Under the pieces are notes generated by a model, which saw nothing but the letters and a program-made list of their open reading frames with translations, was not told where the DNA came from and searched no databases. This document shows positions 9,305-16,947 of a stretch of DNA of 64,000 nt, in pieces (position 1 is the first letter of the stretch; the number at the start of each line of letters is the position of its first letter). Source of the DNA: Alphaproteobacteria bacterium (GTDB lineage Bacteria > Pseudomonadota > Alphaproteobacteria > RF32 > CAG-239); the NCBI GenBank assembly GCA_045111335.1, contig JBGUGE010000076.1, positions 21,945 to 85,944 on the forward strand. Reading direction: 5' to 3'. Position numbers and translations under genes: made by a program.

Positions 9305-11824
9305 ATGTTTAGCAAAGCAAAAATTTGTAAGGTTGCTTTATCAGCCTTGACTGTATTGTTTTCTGCTGTAAGCACGGCTTCCGCATCGGAATTGGATTTG
9401 GTAATTCCGAATTTGGCGGACGCAACTTATAGTATTTTCGGCCATAATACGATTTTTGGCCTGCCGATTACCGGTAATTTGCTGCTCTTGTGCGGTATGG
9501 TTATCTGCCTTTTGGGTATGATTTTCGGCTTGTGGGAATTTTTCAGCATTAAGAAAATGCCGGCACATGAAGCCATGCTCAAAGTGTCGGAAACAATTTA
9601 TGCTACCTGCACAACCTATATGAAACAACAAGCTAAATTGCTGTTTGTTTTGGAATTGTTCATCGGTGCTTGCATAGTTTATTATTTTGCCGGCCTGAAC
9701 AGCACTCCGTTGCCGCAGGTTGCGATTATTCTGCTGTGGTCGATTTTGGGTATTTTAGGCTCATTTACGGTTGCATGGTTTGGAATGCGCATTAACACAT
9801 ATGCCAACTCTCGCACTTCTTTTGCTTCGCTTAAAGGTAACGCTTATCCGGTAATGCATTTGCCGTTGCGTTCGGGCATGTCTATCGGCGTTTTGCTGAT
9901 TTGCGTTGAGCTGATTATGATGATGTTCATTTTGGTATTTGTTCCGCGTGAAACGGCCGGTGCCTGCTTTATCGGCTTTGCCATCGGTGAATCTTTGGGT
10001 GCTTCGGCGTTGCGTATTTGCGGCGGTATCTTTACCAAAATTGCCGATATTGGTGCCGATTTGATGAAGATTATCTTTAAAATTGACGAAGATGATGCGC
10101 GCAATCCGGGCGTTATCGCCGACTGCACCGGCGACAATGCCGGCGATTCCTGCGGCCCGACAGCGGATGGTTTTGAAACATACGGTGTTACCGGTGTGGC
10201 TTTAATCAGCTTCATTGTTTTGGCTGCCGGATATTTCTTCACCTCTGAGGGTAATTTGGCGGCGGATATTCATGCTCCTGAGTTGCAAGCCCGCTTGATT
10301 ACGTGGATTTTCGTGATGCGTATTTTGATGATTATTACCTCAGTATTCTCGTATGCCATCAACGGCTTCTTCTCTAAGCTGATTTACGGTAAATCTAAGG
10401 AATTTGACTTTGAAAAGCCTTTAACTAGCCTGATTTGGATTACTTCGTTAGTATCCATTGTCGTTACTTTTGCGGTTTCTTATATTATGTTGCCGCAAAG
10501 AAATTTCGGCCCGAATATCTGGTGGGAAATGTCGGTTATCATCAGCTGCGGTACTTTGGCGGCGGCGATTATTCCGGAATTTACCAAAATCTTTACTTCG
10601 TCGAAGTCAAAACATGTTCAGGAAGTTGTTAATGCCAGTCGTGAGGCCGGCGCCTCGCTGAACATTCTTTCGGGTATTGTTTCCGGTAACTTCTCCGGCT
10701 TCTGGCAGGGTGTGGTTATTGCCGGCCTGATGGGCTTGGCTTATGCTACGGCTTCCGGCTATGTTGCCGATTTGATGAGCGTTTTGTTCGGCTACGAGGT
10801 TTTGGAACAGTCGCACATCGGTGCCATTATGATTTATCCGACGGTATTTGCATTCGGTTTGGTGGCGTTCGGTATGCTCGGCATGGGACCGGTAACGATT
10901 GCCGTAGACAGCTACGGTCCGGTTACCGACAATGCTCAGTCAGTATTTGAATTGTCGCAAATCGAAAGCCTGAAGGGCATTAAAAAGGAAATCAAAAAGG
11001 AATACGGTTTCGATCCTGACTTTGAACATGGTAAACACTTGCTTGAAGCCAACGATTCGGCCGGTAACACCTTTAAGGCCACCTCTAAGCCGGTATTAAT
11101 CGGTACGGCGGTTATCGGTGCTACCACCATGATTTTCTCAATCATTTTGCTGTTGCATTTGGAATTGAACCTGATTGACGCTCGCGTATTAATCGGTCTG
11201 ATTTTGGGCGGCGCGGTTATTTATTGGTTCTCCGGCGCGGCAATTCAGGCGGTTTCTACCGGTGCTTATCGCGCAGTGAATTACATTAAAGAACATATTA
11301 AACTTGATACCAAGAAGGCGGCCTCGGTTGATGATTCGAAGACGGTGGTTAAAATCTGCACTCAGTATGCGCAGAGAGGTATGTTCAATATCTTTATTGT
11401 GATTTTCTCATTTGCTATTGCGTTTGCATTCTTCGGACCGGAGCTGTTTGCCAGCTACCTGATTTCAATCGCTATCTTCGGTCTTTATCAGGCACTTTAC
11501 ATGGCTAATGCCGGTGGCGCTTGGGATAATGCCAAAAAAGTGGTTGAGGTTGATTTGAATGAAAAAGGTACATCTTTGCACGATGCCTCGGTTGTCGGCG
11601 ATACGGTCGGAGATCCGTATAAAGATACGGCATCGGTTGCCTTGAACCCGATTATCAAATTCACAACCTTGTTCGGCCTGCTTGCGGCAGAAATGTCAGC
11701 CAAAGTATCGGAAGAAAATCCGAATGTTGCTTTGGGCATTGCCTGCACGTTCCTGGCTATTGGCTTGGTATTCGTATGGCGCTCCTTCTACGCTATGCGA
11801 ATTGAGGCTAAAAAAATGGATTAA
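9305..11824 (+). CDS. hppA: membrane-bound proton-translocating pyrophosphatase (M-PPase), divergent and long form
   Basis: M-PPase motifs GDNAGD, DSYGPVTDNA, GNTFKATSKP and DTVGDPYKDT, with many TM segments. ATG 9305 is preferred over 9266 because of the AAGGAAGG SD. Confidence 0.9.
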   Translation: MFSKAKICKVALSALTVLFSAVSTASASELDLVIPNLADATYSIFGHNTIFGLPITGNLLLLCGMVICLLGMIFGLWEFFSIKKMPAHEAMLKVSETIYATCTTYMKQQAKLLFVLELFIGACIVYYFAGLNSTPLPQVAIILLWSILGILGSFTVAWFGMRINTYANSRTSFASLKGNAYPVMHLPLRSGMSIGVLLICVELIMMMFILVFVPRETAGACFIGFAIGESLGASALRICGGIFTKIADIGADLMKIIFKIDEDDARNPGVIADCTGDNAGDSCGPTADGFETYGVTGVALISFIVLAAGYFFTSEGNLAADIHAPELQARLITWIFVMRILMIITSVFSYAINGFFSKLIYGKSKEFDFEKPLTSLIWITSLVSIVVTFAVSYIMLPQRNFGPNIWWEMSVIISCGTLAAAIIPEFTKIFTSSKSKHVQEVVNASREAGASLNILSGIVSGNFSGFWQGVVIAGLMGLAYATASGYVADLMSVLFGYEVLEQSHIGAIMIYPTVFAFGLVAFGMLGMGPVTIAVDSYGPVTDNAQSVFELSQIESLKGIKKEIKKEYGFDPDFEHGKHLLEANDSAGNTFKATSKPVLIGTAVIGATTMIFSIILLLHLELNLIDARVLIGLILGGAVIYWFSGAAIQAVSTGAYRAVNYIKEHIKLDTKKAASVDDSKTVVKICTQYAQRGMFNIFIVIFSFAIAFAFFGPELFASYLISIAIFGLYQALYMANAGGAWDNAKKVVEVDLNEKGTSLHDASVVGDTVGDPYKDTASVALNPIIKFTTLFGLLAAEMSAKVSEENPNVALGIACTFLAIGLVFVWRSFYAMRIEAKKMD

Positions 11825-11854
11825 GTGTTGACTAATTCGTTTTAGTTTGTTAGA

Positions 11855-11885
11855 ACGGCGGCATTGTTATAATGTCGCCGTTTTT
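11855..11885 (+). terminator. putative rho-independent terminator after hppA
   Basis: Stem ACGGCG/CGCCGT with a 15-nt loop, followed by TTTTT. It overlaps the upstream alternative start of the next ORF. Confidence 0.45.
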
Positions 11886-11898
11886 AATGGAGAAAGAA

Positions 11899-12522
11899 AT
11901 GAATATTACCGAAATACTGTCGTCATTTGATTTAACTCAATTTTTCGGGGCTTTTGTGGTTCTGTTTGCTATTATTGATATTATCGGTACTTTACCGATT
12001 GTAATGAATTTACAACGCAACGGCAGAATAGTCAGTGCATCGCGTGCCAGTATTATCTCTTTGTTGCTGTTTGTGGGCTTTATGTATATGGGAGAGGCTT
12101 TTTTAAGCCTGTTCAGCTTGGATATTTCTTCATTTGCGGTGGCCGGATCAATAATCGTGTTCATCATTGCCATGGAGATGGTTTTGGATATCGAAATCTT
12201 CCGCCCGAATAAGGTTGCCGGTAATGACGCCACCTTTACTCCGGTAGTGTTTCCTCTGATTGCCGGTGCCGGTTCGTTTACGACATTGTTGTCGATTCGC
12301 TCGCAATTTTCGGATTTTAATATTCTGTTGGCGTTGGTTGCCAATGTATTGGTTGTTTATGTTGTTCTTAAATCGTCGGCAAAATTAGAAAAAATCCTGT
12401 CTCCGGGAGTGATTTGTATTTTCCAAAAGGCGTTTGGGATTATTTTGCTTTCAATTTCGGTTAAGCTGTTTACGTCAAATCTTACGATGATTGTTGCCGA
12501 TTTGACACATTGTCAGGGATAA
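11899..12522 (+). CDS. MarC-family (UPF0056) integral membrane protein
   Basis: About 6 TM segments with MarC-like sequence (FAIIDIIGTLPIV...FPLIAGAGSFTT). ATG 11899 has a GGAGA SD. Confidence 0.7.
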   Translation: MNITEILSSFDLTQFFGAFVVLFAIIDIIGTLPIVMNLQRNGRIVSASRASIISLLLFVGFMYMGEAFLSLFSLDISSFAVAGSIIVFIIAMEMVLDIEIFRPNKVAGNDATFTPVVFPLIAGAGSFTTLLSIRSQFSDFNILLALVANVLVVYVVLKSSAKLEKILSPGVICIFQKAFGIILLSISVKLFTSNLTMIVADLTHCQG

Positions 12523-12628
12523 ATCAGGCAACATATTGCTTGCGTTTTAAGATGCATTTAATACAACGCCTTCTGTCGCTTGTGTGAATTTACGGCAAAA
12601 AAGGTGCAAATAGTTTTTGAATAATAAA

Positions 12629-12655
12629 AAGGCCTCCGTAAAGGAGGCTTCTTTC
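12629..12655. terminator. bidirectional rho-independent terminator (marC-family gene / T4CP operon)
   Basis: Stem GCCTCC/GGAGGC with loop GTAAA. It is flanked by an A-run upstream and a T-rich tract downstream, between convergent genes. Confidence 0.6.
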
Positions 12656-12671
12656 TAAAATAAAGCGTTTT

Positions 12672-14885
12672 TTAAGCCTGTGGAGCATCCATTTCAAAGC
12701 CGTCGACTTCCTCCTCCTCGGCGTTGTATTCAATGCCCAATTTGGCCAGCATATCGTCGTTGATATCTTCACGTTGTGCCACAATCCAATCCGGCACATT
12801 GGCGCACGGCGGCAGCTTGGCCAACTTCGTCATCTTCTTATCCAAATACCAACGCGGCGAGTCGGCGATAATCGGGCGGTCAATATGGCTTTGCATCAAT
12901 ACCACTTGTTTAAGCATCGGCAAACTCAACAGTTGGGTTGAGCTGATAACCGGAATGCCCTGCAATTGGTAGTTCACGTTCTTTGCCAGCGGGTTAAAGT
13001 CTTTACCCAGAGAACCTTCCGTACGCGAGAATGACGAAATTCTGACCGTCTTGTTGCCGATCATCTTAGAGAAGCGTTGCGCCGTAACCTCGTTGTTTTG
13101 GGAAAGAATAACCTTGCAGGCAGTGGTAGAAATCACCGTTTCCAAATCATCTTTTCCGTATTTACCGGAAATTTGCCCCAAGTCTTGTCCGATGAGCAGA
13201 TACGACACCTTTTGGCCACGACCTACGGCCGGTCCGTCAATAATCGCTTTCATCTTCGGCATTTGCGGGAACTCGTCGAGCACGAACAGGGCAGGGAACG
13301 GCCCCATCTTGCCGTCGGTACGGTTAACGTGATTCGGCGGGTTGGAAATCAAGTAAGAAGACATCAACTCAATAAAGGTTGAGCTGATAACGCCCAAAGC
13401 GCGGGCATCTACCTGGTTAACCGACAGATACACCGAAATCGGCTTCCACTCACCGGTAATCGGGTCTTTCATTCCGCGCAAATCCTTAAATTGCAAATCG
13501 GAAAAACTGGTACGCGCTTTAACCGCTTGGTTTTTGAACACGTTAATTCCGGCAAAGGCGGTTGAAAGAATAGAGCCGCGTTCCTTATCCGGAGTGTTGC
13601 TGAGCGTACTCAATTCGGTTACGCAACGTTGGGCATAACCGTAATTACGTGCTTCTTTAATCGCTTCTTCAAGCATATCGTGCGTCGGGTCGGCCATAGC
13701 CGCCATCTGATCACCTTCATCCAAGCGGCGTTGAATTTCCTGAGCGGCATTAATTTGTGCTTCGGTAATCCATTCCATAATCATGGCAATACACGCCTCA
13801 CGCCCCATCCAGCGCGACGGCAAAAGGTTCCATGTACCGATCGGTAAATAGTTTTCCATGGTCAGAGTGCCGTTCTTCAGGTTTTGAATGGCGCGCGGTG
13901 CTCCCGGATCACGCATATCCTGATAATAACCTTCCAACACTTCCTTATCTTTTTCATCAAGCTTGCCCTCATAAATGCGGCCGATAAAATAGTCGTTGGC
14001 GCGGGCGCGGTCACACTTGGAAACCACAAATTGAATAAAACCGGTTAATGCGGCACGACCGGTTTGCGACCAGTGCGGGTCAGCGCCGCCTTTCGGATCT
14101 TCCACCAAAATATTGCACATGGAATCCACATACATATCGCGATCCGGTCCCTGTTCCGGAATACAGTTCGGTGACAGCGGATTCCAGCTCGGATAATAAA
14201 TACCTTCACTCGGGTTATCTTCAGCACCCCAGTTGATGATGAATACCGGCCCTACCTTAGCGCGGGCACCTGATGTTTTGTAACACAACTCCGGCTTCGG
14301 GTCGTTAATCACCAAACTTAATCCCTCAGAGTGGAAAATAGTCGGCATCACCACGCCCACGGTTTTACCGGTACCAGGAGGCGCGCAGCACAATGTGGCG
14401 AGTGTTTCTTTTAAGAGCAGAAATTTGCCGTCAAATTTACCGACCACTTGGCAGAAACCGTCAAAACCCAAAAGCGGCATTTTCTTAATATCTCGCAAAT
14501 CGGCAATTTTGGCCTGACCTTGATAATTAACTTGGAATTTGTACGGACTGAACAAGGCACTGATAATAATGCCGAGCGGAATGGTAATGAACGGCAGAAT
14601 AGGAATCCACAGGCTTAAAGAAAATTCGCCGCGATGATTCCATAATTGCTTCCACCACTTACCGTACATTGTGAACAAGTGATCCGGATTTCTGAAGATT
14701 ACGCCCAAGAATTTTTGCACCATTGCCGTGGACGACTTAGAAATGCCGTTGCCGACAATGTATGACAGCGGCAATCCGAAAATAAAGAAGAAAATACTCA
14801 ACAACGTGCATATCAGCAAAGTAATCAACATCCATTTGACCGCTTTGTCATATTCTTTCCATTCTTCGCCACGCTCGCCTGCCAT
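12672..14885 (-). CDS. type IV secretion coupling protein (VirD4/TraG/DotL-class ATPase)
   Basis: Two N-terminal TM segments, Walker A CCAPPGTGKT (nt 14361-14384), INDPKPEL, and Walker B LFVLDEFPQM (nt 13269-13289). An IGQDLGQI...VILSQNN block follows, as in T4CPs. AAGAGGA SD. Confidence 0.8.
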   Translation of the reverse strand: MAGERGEEWKEYDKAVKWMLITLLICTLLSIFFFIFGLPLSYIVGNGISKSSTAMVQKFLGVIFRNPDHLFTMYGKWWKQLWNHRGEFSLSLWIPILPFITIPLGIIISALFSPYKFQVNYQGQAKIADLRDIKKMPLLGFDGFCQVVGKFDGKFLLLKETLATLCCAPPGTGKTVGVVMPTIFHSEGLSLVINDPKPELCYKTSGARAKVGPVFIINWGAEDNPSEGIYYPSWNPLSPNCIPEQGPDRDMYVDSMCNILVEDPKGGADPHWSQTGRAALTGFIQFVVSKCDRARANDYFIGRIYEGKLDEKDKEVLEGYYQDMRDPGAPRAIQNLKNGTLTMENYLPIGTWNLLPSRWMGREACIAMIMEWITEAQINAAQEIQRRLDEGDQMAAMADPTHDMLEEAIKEARNYGYAQRCVTELSTLSNTPDKERGSILSTAFAGINVFKNQAVKARTSFSDLQFKDLRGMKDPITGEWKPISVYLSVNQVDARALGVISSTFIELMSSYLISNPPNHVNRTDGKMGPFPALFVLDEFPQMPKMKAIIDGPAVGRGQKVSYLLIGQDLGQISGKYGKDDLETVISTTACKVILSQNNEVTAQRFSKMIGNKTVRISSFSRTEGSLGKDFNPLAKNVNYQLQGIPVISSTQLLSLPMLKQVVLMQSHIDRPIIADSPRWYLDKKMTKLAKLPPCANVPDWIVAQREDINDDMLAKLGIEYNAEEEEVDGFEMDAPQA

Positions 14886-14902
14886 TTTAATTTCCTCTTA
14901 AA

Positions 14903-16426
14903 TTATTTTATATTCTTCAATAATTTGCGCAAGTTTTCCGTATCTTTCTTTGAAACTTTGCCATCGGCTTCGGTCAACAACTTCGAAAACAGCTTAATTT
15001 CCTTAGGAGCTCCGCGATTAATGCGGGTAACTTCTATTCCCATGTCGTTCCATATATCGAACATATCGTCGGCGTTGATGATGTTTGCCATCTGAATAAC
15101 AACGCATGAGGTAACTTTTTGTTCAAATCCGCCATCATCCAAAGCTTCCTCAATGTCTTTTTTGACGCTGTTCAGTTTGCATACCGGCGATACACGGTGA
15201 CTGCTTTCCGAAAACCACAGCGGCTCTTCTCCGTTAAACATTTCCTCGTCGGCCAACCAATCACCGCTTTCTTTATCAATCAGGCACAAATAGATATCAC
15301 TCTCAGATACACCGATAAAGTCGATAAGTGTATTTTTGACGGTGACATTACTGATAATCTCATATCCCTTTTGTGCCAACGCATCATATACCGGACCATG
15401 AGGAGTACCTGCCGCCTTACTTTCAACCGTACGACCGCGCCGATTGCGCGTAACTTCGCCCTCATCCTCGTCCTCCTCAGGTTGGATGCGAGTACTGCGA
15501 TGCGGCATTTCCTCATTGCGACGGGAAGTTCTGCGTGTGTCTCGCTCGCGCGGCTTGCTTTCACGGCGGGCGGTGCGAGCTGCTTCAAACGAATCTTCAT
15601 CATCTTCATTTTCGTCTTCGTCTTCATCATCAAAGTCATATTTAGGCTTTGAGCGCTTAGCGCGTGAAAACTCTTCATCATCATCAACCGGAGCGCGTTT
15701 TCTCGGCTTAGATTCCGTGGCTGATTTCTTTTTCCCGATATCGGCTTTTTCAAACGAATCGATATCCAAATCAAAATCATCATCGTCATCATCATCAAAT
15801 TTAAACAAGGCATGGTCAATCGTTGCCGCCACATCGGTTTTCTTTTTAACGGTAGCCGGAGCCGGAGCCGGAGCCGGTGTCGGTGCGGAGTACGGCGCAG
15901 TATAGCTTGAACCTACCGCCGTTGCCATCGGCGCAGAAGAGGCGGTGTTACCGTAGTCGGAAATCGGTACGCGTAAAGTGTTAATCCCTGTCGGGCGAAT
16001 CAGCTTATACGATTTGCGCTTCACGACGCCGTAACGGTTGTTGACACTCGCTCCCGCATTTACGGAAACTCCGCGAATATATTTCATATACAGCGTGTAC
16101 GGAAGTTTCAAGATGCTCCAAATAATTTCTTCCCACGCTACCATGCACAGAGTCCACCAACCGGTAATCAGCATCGGGAAAAATACGATAATCAACATTA
16201 TAAACGCCCATTCTTTAGGGGCGCGCGGCACCCAACCGGCTTTCCAAGTGGTAATAAATTGCCGCCAATGATCCGGCCAGAAAATATCAAAATGCCAATT
16301 ACACAGCATAATCACACGGATACCTTCCGTGAAGACAATTCCCCACAGGCAGCCGACAATTAAAATTCTAAGAAATACCAAAATGGATTTCAACTGTGCA
16401 CTCCGTAAGTTTATAAACATACCCAC
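14903..16426 (-). CDS. hypothetical membrane protein: N-terminal TM module, long charged low-complexity linker, C-terminal globular domain (possibly NERD/PD-(D/E)xK-like)
   Basis: 507-aa ORF lying 17 nt upstream of the T4CP start. Hydrophobic segments span aa 14-115, and a low-complexity region spans aa ~155-345. The C-terminal pattern is GYEIISNV...IDFIGVSESDIYLCLIDKESGDW. Confidence 0.6.
   Translation of the reverse strand: MGMFINLRSAQLKSILVFLRILIVGCLWGIVFTEGIRVIMLCNWHFDIFWPDHWRQFITTWKAGWVPRAPKEWAFIMLIIVFFPMLITGWWTLCMVAWEEIIWSILKLPYTLYMKYIRGVSVNAGASVNNRYGVVKRKSYKLIRPTGINTLRVPISDYGNTASSAPMATAVGSSYTAPYSAPTPAPAPAPATVKKKTDVAATIDHALFKFDDDDDDDFDLDIDSFEKADIGKKKSATESKPRKRAPVDDDEEFSRAKRSKPKYDFDDEDEDENEDDEDSFEAARTARRESKPRERDTRRTSRRNEEMPHRSTRIQPEEDEDEGEVTRNRRGRTVESKAAGTPHGPVYDALAQKGYEIISNVTVKNTLIDFIGVSESDIYLCLIDKESGDWLADEEMFNGEEPLWFSESSHRVSPVCKLNSVKKDIEEALDDGGFEQKVTSCVVIQMANIINADDMFDIWNDMGIEVTRINRGAPKEIKLFSKLLTEADGKVSKKDTENLRKLLKNIK
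15854..15877 (-). repeat. tandem hexanucleotide repeat (AGCCGG)x4 inside ORF 14903-16426
   Basis: Four perfect head-to-tail copies on the + strand. On the coding strand they encode PAPAPAPA. Confidence 0.9.
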
Positions 16427-16470
16427 TATATTAATAACACGTAAACGTTAAAAAAGTGAATATATTTTTG

Positions 16471-16947
16471 TTATTTTTCCGACATTTGTATTTTCTCAAT
16501 AATTTCTTTGCGAAAATCAGTAGAATTTCCCTGATTTGACTTCTTTTTTTCTACATCAAGTCGTTCTTTGATAAACTGATCCAGCGTTTTCTTTTCTTCT
16601 ATTTTCAGGTTTTTGATGTTGACATCCGGCGCCACATAACCGTCAAGACCGCTGTTGAATATTTTATTAAGCGGCACCGTAATCAATTTCATGTACTTAA
16701 AATGATACAACCGGAACCAACCGTAAATACACAGCGGAATCATTAACAGAATCACCAAAATGATGCACAAATCTTTACCCTGAACGATATGCCCCTGATC
16801 CCAAAAATCAGCCAAACTGATGTAAAAATATAACGGATTGGTGTGATACACCAGCAAAATAATCAGATGCACCAGACCGGCTAAAAAAGCAGTCCACAGG
16901 GCACAAGCAATAATCACGCAAACATAATGAAAAAACTGTTTAATCAT
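16471..16947 (-). CDS. hypothetical small membrane protein, apparent paralogue of the N-terminal module of ORF 14903-16426
   Basis: 158 aa with 2-3 TM segments and a Lys/Glu-rich tail. ATGA overlap with the upstream 816-aa ORF. Confidence 0.55.
   Translation of the reverse strand: MIKQFFHYVCVIIACALWTAFLAGLVHLIILLVYHTNPLYFYISLADFWDQGHIVQGKDLCIILVILLMIPLCIYGWFRLYHFKYMKLITVPLNKIFNSGLDGYVAPDVNIKNLKIEEKKTLDQFIKERLDVEKKKSNQGNSTDFRKEIIEKIQMSEK

Noticed and set aside
15119-15905. Three overlapping ORFs (15119-15652 +, 15444-15905 +, 15280-15834 -) across the acidic/basic low-complexity region.
   Set aside because: They are alternative-frame artefacts of the repetitive GAT/GAA/CGC-rich sequence, with S-rich or M/K-rich nonsense composition. 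The 507-aa minus-strand frame is continuous with flanking TM and globular domains.
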